Shown piece after piece: positions 1 through 9,119 of a DNA stretch of 64,000 nt. Location of the stretch: positions 1-64,000 of the forward strand of contig OZ242358.1 in NCBI GenBank assembly GCA_965208835.1, read 5' to 3'. Positions within the stretch are counted from its first letter, which is position 1. Every line of letters begins with the position of its first letter. A program made the position numbers and the translations under genes. This stretch comes from Candidatus Latescibacterota bacterium. Its GTDB lineage: Bacteria; Latescibacterota; UBA2968; GCA-2709665. The notes beneath the pieces are model-generated. The model had not been told where the DNA came from. It did no database searches and saw nothing but the letters and a program-made list of their open reading frames with translations.

Positions 1-1
1 G

Positions 2-265
2 TTACTTTCTCGACATCCCCCGGGTATACACCTTGCCCTGAATGATCTTGTGGATAACTCGCCCGCTTATCACCCGCTCCCGCGCGAATGCCTGCCCGCA
101 TTCGTGACATTTCAGGTCGCCGCGTGTGTAGTCACTCACGATCCGTTCAAGGAAGCATTTGACAAGGCCGCCCCGTCCGCCTTTTTGGTACCTGTAGAGC
201 AGCGTCCGGCATCCGGCGCAATGGATTGAAATGGTCCGTCGATCGACCCGCTCTCCGGGTGCCAT
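2..265 (-). CDS. small Cys-rich (putative Zn-binding) hypothetical protein, 87 aa
   Basis: ATG at 265, 4 nt past the upstream PhyH stop; CAGC...C...CHEC motifs. Confidence 0.7.
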   Translation of the reverse strand: MAPGERVDRRTISIHCAGCRTLLYRYQKGGRGGLVKCFLERIVSDYTRGDLKCHECGQAFARERVISGRVIHKIIQGKVYTRGMSRK

Positions 266-269
266 TGCA

Positions 270-1256
270 CTACTCCGGGCGCAGTTCTCCCAGCGACGGC
301 TCGCCAGGGGAGATGAACTCCACCGCAGGGTTTTCGATGCGACCGTATGCGTGCCACACCTTGAACCCGAGCAGCGCCAGCAATTCGGGAGAGGCTTCCC
401 GCAGCACCTCCGGCGACGTGCCCACGGTGAAATTCTCCTGTGGCCGGAACTGCGGACCGCAGAAAGTGGTAAGCAGCGCCAGCCGTTGACCGCCGGTCGC
501 GTTGGCCCCGGTTCCATGCCAGATCCGCGCGTCGATAATCAGGGCCGTACCCGCCGGGCCCTCCGCGGCAACCGCCTCCAAATTGGAAGCCATGTCCGGC
601 TGCCGCCCGAACTGGTGGCTTCCCGGCACGACGCGCGTTCCCCCGTTTCCGGCGGTGAAATCCACGAGCATCCAGAGCACGTTCACCGCTGCTGCCGGTG
701 CGATCATCGGCGGCGCGTCATCCACGTCCGCATCGAACCGCTCGCGTGTGATCGAGCCTACGGGCAATCCCTTCCTTCCCGGACGAGCGGGCGAAGGCAT
801 CCACCACTGGTCGGTATGCAGGTCCATCTCCACCCCGCCCGGCTTGGCGATATTGGCGGTAAAGCTCGAAAGCAGGTACTCCTCACCAAGAACATGGCCA
901 ATCACCTCCCGCACCCGTTCCTGAAACAACACCTCATGAAACACCCGTCCCTTGTTGATCAACATCCAAAGCCGCTGGTTGACGCCCCCCTGCGCAGCCG
1001 TGAAGGCTTCGGGCCGCACCTGGCCGATTTCGTCCCGGAACGATCCCCAGTTCTGATTCGGGCCGCCGTCTTCGTACGCCGCGCCCAGTTGCCTTTCCGC
1101 CTCCGCCTGCTCCACCAGCCTTTTCCGCATGGCCGCAACCTGGCCCTGGCTCAACGCGTCCTTCAGCAGACAATACCCGTGCTTCTCAATATTGGACTTC
1201 GCCACCTCCAGGTCGCCGGAAACCCGCGGCAATCCATCGACACCCAGGCCCGCCAT
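270..1256 (-). CDS. phytanoyl-CoA dioxygenase (PhyH) family Fe(II)/2OG oxygenase
   Basis: LHTD iron motif, NGGTRVVPGSH, IWHGTGAN...R; GGAGGT Shine-Dalgarno upstream. Confidence 0.9.
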   Translation of the reverse strand: MAGLGVDGLPRVSGDLEVAKSNIEKHGYCLLKDALSQGQVAAMRKRLVEQAEAERQLGAAYEDGGPNQNWGSFRDEIGQVRPEAFTAAQGGVNQRLWMLINKGRVFHEVLFQERVREVIGHVLGEEYLLSSFTANIAKPGGVEMDLHTDQWWMPSPARPGRKGLPVGSITRERFDADVDDAPPMIAPAAAVNVLWMLVDFTAGNGGTRVVPGSHQFGRQPDMASNLEAVAAEGPAGTALIIDARIWHGTGANATGGQRLALLTTFCGPQFRPQENFTVGTSPEVLREASPELLALLGFKVWHAYGRIENPAVEFISPGEPSLGELRPE

Positions 1257-1312
1257 AAAGACACCTCCGTCATACGTCGATATCAGGTCACATTTTCGGA
1301 AACATCCCCTAG

Positions 1313-1636
1313 CAGTCCGTTGATAAAGTCGCTCTGCAGGCGAGGCTTGGTGTCCCGTCCCGGAAATATGTCACCATTCATCCGCCGATTCATCCCGTCT
1401 GGCGGTGTTGCCTTCGCTCGGTGACCGTGAGCAGGTCGCCTTGCTCAGGCGCCTTGCCAGCCGGGCGACTCGGCGGTCGAATTTCGGCAATCTATTTCCG
1501 GGACAGAACACTTGCCATTGTGGCCGAAGACAAGGCGCGCGACCGAGTCCCATCCTGCGATTCGGCGAGGGAGCGCAACGCAGTATTTCGACCGCAAGAG
1601 CCGGCCGTAGCCCGGATGGGCTTTTTCAACGGGCTG
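1313..1636 (+). mobile_element. MITE family A, copy 1 (carries a nested family C element)
   Basis: terminal inverted repeats CAGTCCGTTGA...TCAACGGGCTG, flanks ctag/ctat; related copies at 6316, 32167, 47230, 55841, 56068. Confidence 0.85.
1350..1510 (+). mobile_element. MITE family C nested inside family A
   Basis: TIRs gtgtcccgtcccggaaata / tatttccgggacagaacac, TTG on both flanks, interior folds as a long hairpin; absent from A copies at 47230 and 56068. Confidence 0.7.
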
Positions 1637-1827
1637 CTATATGCTACACCTGTATACCAGGCAAGTCAACCCCTTCCCTCAACTGCCGGCACCGTGTGAT
1701 CGAGGCTGCAATCAACAGTTGAAAATCGGTCATGTTTTTCGGTATTTTGATGTGATTCAATCAAAGCGGCGTGCCTGAACTGGCTTCTCTCACCATCCTG
1801 GACGGCCCTCACCGCGGCGAGGAATGC

Positions 1828-3174
1828 ATGGAACCGGGAAACCTGAGGACATCCGTGGATAGACAGATTGCCGAATACATGGACAACCACCCGCGTTCAA
1901 GGGAGATGTTCAGGCGCGCCCAAGCGTCGCTTCCGGGCGGCAATACGCGCACCGGCGTGCACTTCGACCCGTACCCGGTCTACGCCGACTACGGCGAAGG
2001 CGTCCATCTCATCAATCTGGACGGCAACCGCCTTCTTGACTTCGTGAACAACAACACTGCCCTCATCCTGGGCCATGCGCATCCCGAAGTCGTCGCCGCC
2101 CTCCAGGAGCGCATAGCCCTCGGCACGGGCTTCTCGCGTCCGCTGGCCCTCGAAGTCGAAATGGCCGAATTTTTGAAGAACCGTGTCGCATCGTTTGAAA
2201 AGGTGCGCTTCTGCAGCTCCGGCACCGAAGCTGTCCTGAATGCCATCCGCGCCGCCCGCGCCTTCACCGGCAGGAACAGAATCGCCAAATTCGAAGGGGC
2301 GTATCACGGGATGGATGAATACGTCATGGTAAGCCACGTTCCTCCGCTCGACGGGAATCTGGGACCGCCCGACCGGCCCGATTCCGTACCTTCCTCGCGA
2401 GGCCTCACCCCCCAGGCGATCCGGAACGTCATCGTCCTCCCGTTCAACGACGCCGACGCCTGTCAAACAATCATCAACGAACACCGGGACGATCTGGCCG
2501 CGGTGGTTGTCGATCCGCTTTCCACTGCCGCCGGCTTCACCCTTCCGGCAGATGGTTTTCTTTCGCGCCTTCGCGAAATGACGGAACGCGCCGGCATCCT
2601 GCTCATATTCGACGAAATCGTCAGCTTTCGCATCTCCCGCGGCGGGGCCCAGGAAACGTATGGCGTACGCCCTGACCTCACGTGTCTCGGCAAAGTCGTT
2701 GCCGGCGGCACCCCCGGCGCCGTGGTCGGCGGCCGCTCCGACGTCCTGGACCTCTACAACCCCACCGGAAGCGCGCCGGAAATCCCTCATTCCGGTACAT
2801 ATAATGCAAACCCCATCGCCATCGTCGCGGGCCTCACGACGCTTCGCCTGCTCACACAGGACGCCTACGGTAAACTGAATGCACTGACAGGGCGCCTCGC
2901 CGACAAGCTCGGACGTGTCTTCCGGGATACCGGCCTTCAGGCACGGATCACAACGGCCGGCTCCCTGTTCCGGGTCCACTTTCTGCCGGAACGTCCCCGG
3001 AATTACCGCGAAGCCGCGCGCGATAACCAGCTATTGCACCGCTGGCTGTTCTTCGCCCTGCTCAATCGCGGGATCTACTGGAAACTCGGCGGCAATGTCT
3101 CACTTCCCATGGAAGACCGGCACGTCGATCAACTGGTCTCGGCCGTCGACGACGCGCTTCGAAGCCGACGTTGA
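1828..3174 (+). CDS. class III aminotransferase (glutamate-1-semialdehyde aminomutase-like)
   Basis: SGTEA, FEGAYHG, LIFDEIVSFR, PDLTCLGK (PLP lysine), HSGTYNANP; ATG at 1828 after GAGG. Confidence 0.9.
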   Translation: MEPGNLRTSVDRQIAEYMDNHPRSREMFRRAQASLPGGNTRTGVHFDPYPVYADYGEGVHLINLDGNRLLDFVNNNTALILGHAHPEVVAALQERIALGTGFSRPLALEVEMAEFLKNRVASFEKVRFCSSGTEAVLNAIRAARAFTGRNRIAKFEGAYHGMDEYVMVSHVPPLDGNLGPPDRPDSVPSSRGLTPQAIRNVIVLPFNDADACQTIINEHRDDLAAVVVDPLSTAAGFTLPADGFLSRLREMTERAGILLIFDEIVSFRISRGGAQETYGVRPDLTCLGKVVAGGTPGAVVGGRSDVLDLYNPTGSAPEIPHSGTYNANPIAIVAGLTTLRLLTQDAYGKLNALTGRLADKLGRVFRDTGLQARITTAGSLFRVHFLPERPRNYREAARDNQLLHRWLFFALLNRGIYWKLGGNVSLPMEDRHVDQLVSAVDDALRSRR

Positions 3175-3203
3175 ACCGTTTCTGCTCCTTTTCAGATTAC
3201 GCC

Positions 3204-3971
3204 ATGACAGACCGTCAGACAGTCCAAAAGGAAGACCTGCTAAGGGGCTTTGCCGCCCTCGGCCTTTGTGACGGCGATGCACTTCTCTTTCACAGTTCCC
3301 TCAAGAGTTTCGGATACCTCGAGGGTGGCGCGGATACCGTCATCGACGGCGCATTGGACGCCGTGGGCGAGTCAGGTACCGCGGTCGTTCCGACTTTCGT
3401 TCAGAAGGTCAACGGCGAGTCCGCAACCTACCGGACGCGGCTGGAAGCGTGGAACATCCGTTCGTCGCCATCTGACGTCGGGCACATCACGGAGGTCTTC
3501 CGCCAGCGCCCGGAAGCCGTGCGCAGCGACCACTGCTGCGACTCCCTGGCAGCGATCGGGGCCGACGCCGGGTCCGCGATGGACGGACACAGGCACGCCG
3601 GGCCACGTTTCAGCCCGTGGGACGAGAAAGCGTTCGGCCATGGCTCGCCATGGGACTGGCTGGTGGAGCGCAACGCCCTGTACCTGCTCATGGGCGTCGG
3701 CTTCAACGTCTGTTCCATCTTCCACTACAACCAGGCTCTATGGGTCGAGCGGAATGACGCCAACACCGGCAACCCGCGCATGTGGCCCGTCTTCAACTTC
3801 AGCGTCATGGGCGAACGCGTAAAATCCGCCGGCCTCGTCAGTCAGGTTTGCGTGGGGCCCTCAGTCTGGCAGGCTTTCCGCGTCGTTCCCACCCTCGAAC
3901 ACGTCTCCCGCGTCCTCCGGGACGAACCCTCCCTCATCACGCTATCGCCATTGAAGCTCTACGGCGAGTGA
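3204..3971 (+). CDS. AAC(3)/YokD family N-acetyltransferase
   Basis: HSSLKSFG, VVPTF, VGHITEVFR..P...RSDH...SLAAIG, SPW, LLMGVGF..CSIFH. Confidence 0.85.
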   Translation: MTDRQTVQKEDLLRGFAALGLCDGDALLFHSSLKSFGYLEGGADTVIDGALDAVGESGTAVVPTFVQKVNGESATYRTRLEAWNIRSSPSDVGHITEVFRQRPEAVRSDHCCDSLAAIGADAGSAMDGHRHAGPRFSPWDEKAFGHGSPWDWLVERNALYLLMGVGFNVCSIFHYNQALWVERNDANTGNPRMWPVFNFSVMGERVKSAGLVSQVCVGPSVWQAFRVVPTLEHVSRVLRDEPSLITLSPLKLYGE

Positions 3972-3980
3972 TTAAGGCTG

Positions 3981-4006
3981 TCAGCGATCAGCAGTCAGCT
4001 TTCAGC
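3981..4006. repeat. heptamer tandem tract (TCAGCNN)x4
   Basis: tcagcga tcagcag tcagctt tcagc. Confidence 0.75.
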
Positions 4007-4019
4007 ATACCAAAAAGGC

Positions 4020-4044
4020 GGGCGACCACAAGGGTCGCCCCTAC
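4020..4044 (-). repeat. GTAG-footed REP-like palindrome
   Basis: minus strand reads GTAG-GGGCGACC-cttgt-GGTCGCCC. Confidence 0.75.
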
Positions 4045-4183
4045 AAACACAACGTTGCCGTGGGCTGACCCGCAGCTTCAAGGATCATGCTATCACGCAA
4101 ATGAGCCCATACGACAAGAGCGCAAAAGCCGGCGGCCTTTGCGCTCCTGTCATCTCGAAACGTCGTCTCGTCCGATCCGTCTC

Positions 4184-5488
4184 CTACCTCTCTCCCATCG
4201 GCGTATAGTCCCGGATATCTTCACCCATATAGATCTGCCGCGGACGCGCGATGCGCTGCTCCGGATCGTGCATCAACTCTTTCCACTGCGCCAGCCAACC
4301 CGGCATGCGGCCCACTGCGAACATAACCGTCATCATGTCCGTGGGCAGGCCCATCGCCTGGTAGATGATGCCGGAATAAAAATCCACGTTCGGATACAGA
4401 CTGCGAGAAATGAAAAACTCTTCTTCCAGCGCGATGCGTTCCAGTTCTACCGCGATGTCGATGAGTGGATTCTTTCCGGTGACTTCGAATACCTCTTCGG
4501 CCGTCTTCTTGATAATCGCCGCTCTGGGATCGTAGTTCTTGTAGACCCGGTGCCCGAATCCCTGGAGCAGCACCTCCCGGTTGTACACCCGCTTGATATA
4601 GGCGGGGATATTGTCGACCGACCCGATCTCGTTCAACATCCTCAGTACGGCTTCATTCGCGCCCCCGTGCGCAGGCCCGTACAAAGCGCCGGCGGCGCCC
4701 GCCGCCGCCGAATACGGGTCTGCACCGCTGCTGCCGACGCCGCGCATGGTGCTCGCGCTGCAGTTCTGTTCGTGGTCGGCGTGCAATATCAGAAGGACTT
4801 CCAGCGCCCGTTCCAGCGCGGGGTCGGACTTATATGCGCTCGTACCCTCGAACATCATCTTCAAAAAATTGGCGCAGAATCCCAATGACGGGTCAGGGTC
4901 CACAACAGGCAGCCCCTGGCTTTGGCGATACACGGCTGCCGCGGCTACCGGGGCCGTGCCCATAAGCCGTCGGATATGTAGTTCCTGAACATCCTCCGTA
5001 CCGATCTCTCTCGCATTGTCGTAGAATGTGGACAGAGACCCCAGCACGCCCACCATCATACCCATCGCGTGGGAGCCTCTTCCGAAGCCGCTTACCAGTT
5101 CGGTCAACTTCGGCTCGGCTTTGACGTACGCCATCACCGATTCGTTCCAGGCATCGAGCTGTGCCTGCGCAGGCAGTTCGCCGTACAACAGCAGATACGA
5201 CGTTTCAAGGTAGGTGCTGTGCTGCGCGAGCTGATCGATCGGATATCCACGATATCTGAGGATGCCTTTTTCGCCGTCGATGAACGTCACGGAACTCTGG
5301 CAGGATCCGGTATTCAGATACGACGGATCGTATCCGAGAAGCCCGAAATCGTCCTCCGATACCTTAATCTGCTTCAGGTCAGCGGTTCGAATGGCGGCCC
5401 CGTATTCGGGGTAAGTACCATAAAGGATGGGTACCTCGTAAGTCTTGCCGGTGCGATTATCCGTAATGGTGAGTGAGTCTTTGTTCAT
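4184..5488 (-). CDS. gltA: citrate synthase
   Basis: GILRYRGYPI, LHADHEQNCS, GPAHGGANE, GFGHRVYKNYDPRA, YPNVDFYSG. Confidence 0.97.
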   Translation of the reverse strand: MNKDSLTITDNRTGKTYEVPILYGTYPEYGAAIRTADLKQIKVSEDDFGLLGYDPSYLNTGSCQSSVTFIDGEKGILRYRGYPIDQLAQHSTYLETSYLLLYGELPAQAQLDAWNESVMAYVKAEPKLTELVSGFGRGSHAMGMMVGVLGSLSTFYDNAREIGTEDVQELHIRRLMGTAPVAAAAVYRQSQGLPVVDPDPSLGFCANFLKMMFEGTSAYKSDPALERALEVLLILHADHEQNCSASTMRGVGSSGADPYSAAAGAAGALYGPAHGGANEAVLRMLNEIGSVDNIPAYIKRVYNREVLLQGFGHRVYKNYDPRAAIIKKTAEEVFEVTGKNPLIDIAVELERIALEEEFFISRSLYPNVDFYSGIIYQAMGLPTDMMTVMFAVGRMPGWLAQWKELMHDPEQRIARPRQIYMGEDIRDYTPMGER

Positions 5489-5524
5489 CCAAGCAAATCC
5501 TTTCAAGTCGTCTGCCGCTGCCAG

Positions 5525-6193
5525 TCAGGCCCGAACCGCATAAATTACACTCTCGAGCGGTTTTCCGGTCAGGCCATGGTCACACGTTTGTTGTTGAGTC
5601 ACCCCGCCGAAAACACGGTCCAGCGCGCGTTCGTAAGAGCGGTTGACGGCATGGCTCCAGATCGCCAGAGTCCCATCCGGACGCAACCGCGTTCTCAGCG
5701 TCTGAAGCGCTGAAACGCTGTACGCGCGCCGGTTCTGCGGGCGCACCACCCGGTCGGGACCGTTGTCGATATCCAGCGCAATGCCGTGATAGCTCCGGGG
5801 ATTTCCCTGTACGTATTCGTAGAAATCGCCGACGACCACCTCCGTGCGCTCATCGTCGAGAACGTCGGCATTGTCCAGAAATTCGCGGTTCCAGTTTACA
5901 ATTCGGGAGTCGAGTTCCACCACGCACACGGAACGCACGTTTGAATAGGCGAGCGCCTGACGAAGGGAGATTCCCAGTCCCAAACCACCGATAAGCAGGT
6001 TGATGTGCCTGCCGGATTTCGATGTTTCCATGACCGTGTCGATCAATGCGCGATTGGACGACGCATTGTAGGTGGCCATTAAGAAAACACCGTTGACGAT
6101 GAGTTCGAAATGGGAGACCGTGCCGGCGTTAACGGACGCAAGCTGTAATTCACCCGCACGGGTGGACGAACGCTGCACAACCCGCCGATCCAT
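5525..6193 (-). CDS. spermidine synthase-like SAM-dependent transferase
   Basis: LLIGGLGLG, VVELD, LDIDNGP; likely start MDRRVV at 6193, since the longer ORF runs into a MITE. Confidence 0.85.
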   Translation of the reverse strand: MDRRVVQRSSTRAGELQLASVNAGTVSHFELIVNGVFLMATYNASSNRALIDTVMETSKSGRHINLLIGGLGLGISLRQALAYSNVRSVCVVELDSRIVNWNREFLDNADVLDDERTEVVVGDFYEYVQGNPRSYHGIALDIDNGPDRVVRPQNRRAYSVSALQTLRTRLRPDGTLAIWSHAVNRSYERALDRVFGGVTQQQTCDHGLTGKPLESVIYAVRA

Positions 6194-6315
6194 AGCCAGA
6201 CCTTGATACGCCCGTTGAGCCCCCTTCACTATTAATGCCAAAACAGATGCAGTATTAAGATAATGCAGAATTGAAATTTCACAAGCAGATTTGAACTCGA
6301 AGAATGATCCGTGAA

Positions 6316-6475
6316 CAGTCCGGCGAGAAAGTCGCTCTGCAGGCGAGGCATGGTGTCCCGTCCCGGAAACAAGGCGCGCAACCGGGTCCCATCGAGCGAT
6401 TCGGCGAGGGCGCGCAACGCAGGTTTTCGGCCGCAAGTGCCGGCCGTAGCCCGGATGGGCTTTTTCAACGGCCTG
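6316..6475 (+). mobile_element. MITE family A, copy 2 (retains only the left TIR of family C)
   Basis: cagtccgg...tttttcaacggcctg; internal gtgtcccgtcccggaaa fused directly to caaggcgcg. Confidence 0.85.
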
Positions 6476-6491
6476 TTAAGGGTGAAATGCC

Positions 6492-6519
6492 TTGACAATT
6501 ATGGATGCGCATTTAGATT
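6492..6519 (+). promoter_or_regulatory. putative sigma70 promoter for the HAD-PfkB pair
   Basis: TTGACA-16 bp-TAGATT. Confidence 0.5.
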
Positions 6520-6580
6520 GCCGATCCGGCAGCGCGCCGTAGGACAGATGCGAGACTCTTCCTGATAATGAAGGTCATCA

Positions 6581-7426
6581 ATGGCTATAACGGATCGTTC
6601 CGATTCCTTGCGAATGGCTGATATAGAGTGTGTGAATCCCGGCATTTCGCGCGGTCGATTCCGCTCGGTGCTCTTCGATTTCGACGGTACGCTCTCGCTG
6701 ATTCGCCAGGGGTGGCGGGAAATCATGGTTCCGATGATGGTCGAAACGCTTGGCGAATGCCGCACTGGCGAAACCGAGGCCCAACTGTCACGGGTTGTGG
6801 CTGATTTCGTCGACCGGCTTACCGGCAAACAGACCATCTATCAGATGATTCAGCTCGCAGAAGAAGTGCGAAAACGCGGCGGCCCGCCTCCGGATCCGGT
6901 GGCCTACAAACATCGGTATCACGAACGACTCAACCGTCACATCAAAGGCCGCATTCAGGGTCTCCGGTCCGGCGTAGTTGAGGTGGAAGATCTGACAGTG
7001 CCCGGGTCGCTGGACCTTCTTCGCAACCTGCGCCGCCGGGAATTAACGCTGTACCTGGCGAGCGGCACGGACGAAGTGTACGTTAAAGAAGAGGCCGACC
7101 TTCTGGGGCTGACACCCTTCTTTGAAGACCGTGTCTACGGTGCACTGGACCGATACCAGGACTTCTCCAAAGAAAGAGTAATTCGGGACCTGATTGCCTC
7201 GCAGGGTATCGAGGGAGAGGAACTGCTGGGCTTCGGCGATGGATACGTGGAGATTGAAAATGTCAAGGCGGCGGGCGGGATGGCCGTTGGCGTCGCCTCT
7301 GATGAGGCTCGACGCCAGGGCGTGAATGCATGGAAGCGCGACCGCCTGATTCAGGCGGGGGCGGATCTCATCATTGCGGACTTTCGGAACCACGAGTGCC
7401 TCGTGGACTACCTCCTCGACGCGTAG
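6581..7426 (+). CDS. HAD-superfamily hydrolase
   Basis: FDFDGTLS motif I, LASGT motif II, GFGDGYVE motif IV. Confidence 0.9.
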   Translation: MAITDRSDSLRMADIECVNPGISRGRFRSVLFDFDGTLSLIRQGWREIMVPMMVETLGECRTGETEAQLSRVVADFVDRLTGKQTIYQMIQLAEEVRKRGGPPPDPVAYKHRYHERLNRHIKGRIQGLRSGVVEVEDLTVPGSLDLLRNLRRRELTLYLASGTDEVYVKEEADLLGLTPFFEDRVYGALDRYQDFSKERVIRDLIASQGIEGEELLGFGDGYVEIENVKAAGGMAVGVASDEARRQGVNAWKRDRLIQAGADLIIADFRNHECLVDYLLDA

Positions 7427-7432
7427 TGTTCA

Positions 7433-7457
7433 GAAGCTGTCTTAAAATTCCCAGCGG
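7433..7457 (+). mobile_element. MITE family B, isolated left end
   Basis: gaagctgtcttaaaattcccagcgg matches the end of the full copies. Confidence 0.65.
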
Positions 7458-7489
7458 CCGCCGGCAATCCGGAACGGCCCGTTTTTTCT

Positions 7490-8512
7490 ATGACCCATTC
7501 CGATTTGAAAGAGCTGCTGAGCAGGTTTTCAGACCTCGCTATCCTGGTCGTGGGGGACTTTTTCCTGGATCGCTATCTCATGGTCGATCCTGACCTTGCT
7601 GAAATCTCCCTGGAGACGGGGCTGGAAGCACGGCAGGTTGTGGATGTCCGAAACCGGCCGGGAGCGGCCGGAACCGTTACCAGCAATCTCAACGCCTTGG
7701 GGGTAGGACGCATTCATGCGCTTGGGGCGATCGGCAATGACGGGCAGGGCTACGACTTGAAGGCGGGACTGCACGCGTCCGGCGTGGAGACAGGGCATCT
7801 GATGGAGGTTCCGGGCCGCGCAACGCCGACATATACCAAGCCGATTCTCACCACGACCGGGCAGGAGACGGAGCGATTGGATATCAAGAACCGTGCGACA
7901 CTCCCGCGACAGGTTGAAGACCAGATCCTCACCGCACTGGAGAATCTGCTCGCCGAAGTGCACGGCGTGATCGTGCTTGACCAGGTCCAGGAACGCAACT
8001 GCGGCGTAATTTCGGATCGTGTCCGTGAGGGAATCGCGCGCCTCGCTCCCGCGCACCCCAATGTCGTGTTTATGGCGGATTCGCGTTCGCACATCGGCCG
8101 ATTCAGGAACGTGATTGTCAAGGTCAACCGCGAAGAGGCGTTCGAAGCGGTTTCCCGGTATTCCGGTACGGAAGGGACAATGTCTCTGAGTCGAGCTATT
8201 CGATCACTGGTCACGCGAGCGGGACGACCCGTCTATGTTACGCTTGGACCTGATGGGATCCTCTGCGACAACGGCGAGGCAACTCACCGCGTTCCCGGTA
8301 TCCCGGTGCCCGATCCTATCGATATCGTAGGCGCGGGAGACAGTGTTTCCGCTGGGATCGCCTCTGCGCTTTGCGCGGGCGCCTCGTGTGTCGAAGCCGC
8401 ACGCGTCGGCGTGCTGGTGTCGTCCATCACCATCCAGCAGATAGGGACAACCGGCACCGCGTCACCCGAACAGGTGCTGCAGCGGTTCGAAGAATCCGGT
8501 CAGAACTCCTGA
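7490..8512 (+). CDS. PfkB family carbohydrate kinase (RfaE/HldE kinase-domain-like)
   Basis: LVVGDFFLDRY, PGAAGTV, DIVGAGDS. Confidence 0.9.
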   Translation: MTHSDLKELLSRFSDLAILVVGDFFLDRYLMVDPDLAEISLETGLEARQVVDVRNRPGAAGTVTSNLNALGVGRIHALGAIGNDGQGYDLKAGLHASGVETGHLMEVPGRATPTYTKPILTTTGQETERLDIKNRATLPRQVEDQILTALENLLAEVHGVIVLDQVQERNCGVISDRVREGIARLAPAHPNVVFMADSRSHIGRFRNVIVKVNREEAFEAVSRYSGTEGTMSLSRAIRSLVTRAGRPVYVTLGPDGILCDNGEATHRVPGIPVPDPIDIVGAGDSVSAGIASALCAGASCVEAARVGVLVSSITIQQIGTTGTASPEQVLQRFEESGQNS

Positions 8513-8528
8513 GCAGGGGCCGGGCGCG

Positions 8529-9119
8529 TCAGAATCCGAATTCGTCGTTGAGCCGCTCTGGGAGCATAGCCCACCACGCGTCGCCAGTCGCGAGGCCCAA
8601 GAGGTGGGTGTTGCCGGGCACGTCGTTGGCGCCCAGCCCTCTTTCAACAACGATGGTGTGGGGATCGCACTCCAGGAATTGACCCAGACGCGCTTCGAGG
8701 CACTCCGGAGTTCGAAGGATGCAGGCGCCGGTCAGTGCGGCAACCGGCAGGTCGAGCAGGTGGTCGACATTCCAGTGCAGGTTCTTTATTCTGGCGGGCT
8801 TGAGATCTCCGTTTCCCAGACCGATGGCTTTGAATCTCCGGAGCATTTCGACCCGGATTCTGTGAGGCCGCTTCCGGCGGCTCCGGGTGGCGTGGCGGAC
8901 CAGGCGATTGGCCAGCGATGCGGCCCCATTTTTTGACGTCGCCGACCCAACGTAGACATACGCTCCCGCCGGAAGCTCAATGGTCTTTCCGCGCTTGAAT
9001 CCGCCGAATTGAAGCGCGTTAGGCTCCGCCAGGCGAATCCGCAATATATACGACCCGCCCAGCGATTTACCGCCCAGGACGACGAGAGAGGATACCTCCC
9101 GATTCACGTCAGCCGCCAT
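8529..9119 (-). CDS. DUF123 / GIY-YIG-like endonuclease
   Basis: GSYIL, GAYVYVGSA, RLVRH, LHWNVDHLL, ECLEARL. Confidence 0.75.
   Translation of the reverse strand: MAADVNREVSSLVVLGGKSLGGSYILRIRLAEPNALQFGGFKRGKTIELPAGAYVYVGSATSKNGAASLANRLVRHATRSRRKRPHRIRVEMLRRFKAIGLGNGDLKPARIKNLHWNVDHLLDLPVAALTGACILRTPECLEARLGQFLECDPHTIVVERGLGANDVPGNTHLLGLATGDAWWAMLPERLNDEFGF

Noticed and set aside
1371-1722. Small ORFs sharing the peptides AVARMGFFNGL or KKPIRATAG (also near 6311, 47368, 55948)
   Set aside because: The shared peptide is translated MITE A sequence, and the frames and starts are not conserved between copies.
3204-3971. Aminoglycoside resistance gene
   Set aside because: Family membership alone does not show resistance, and there is no mobile or resistance context.
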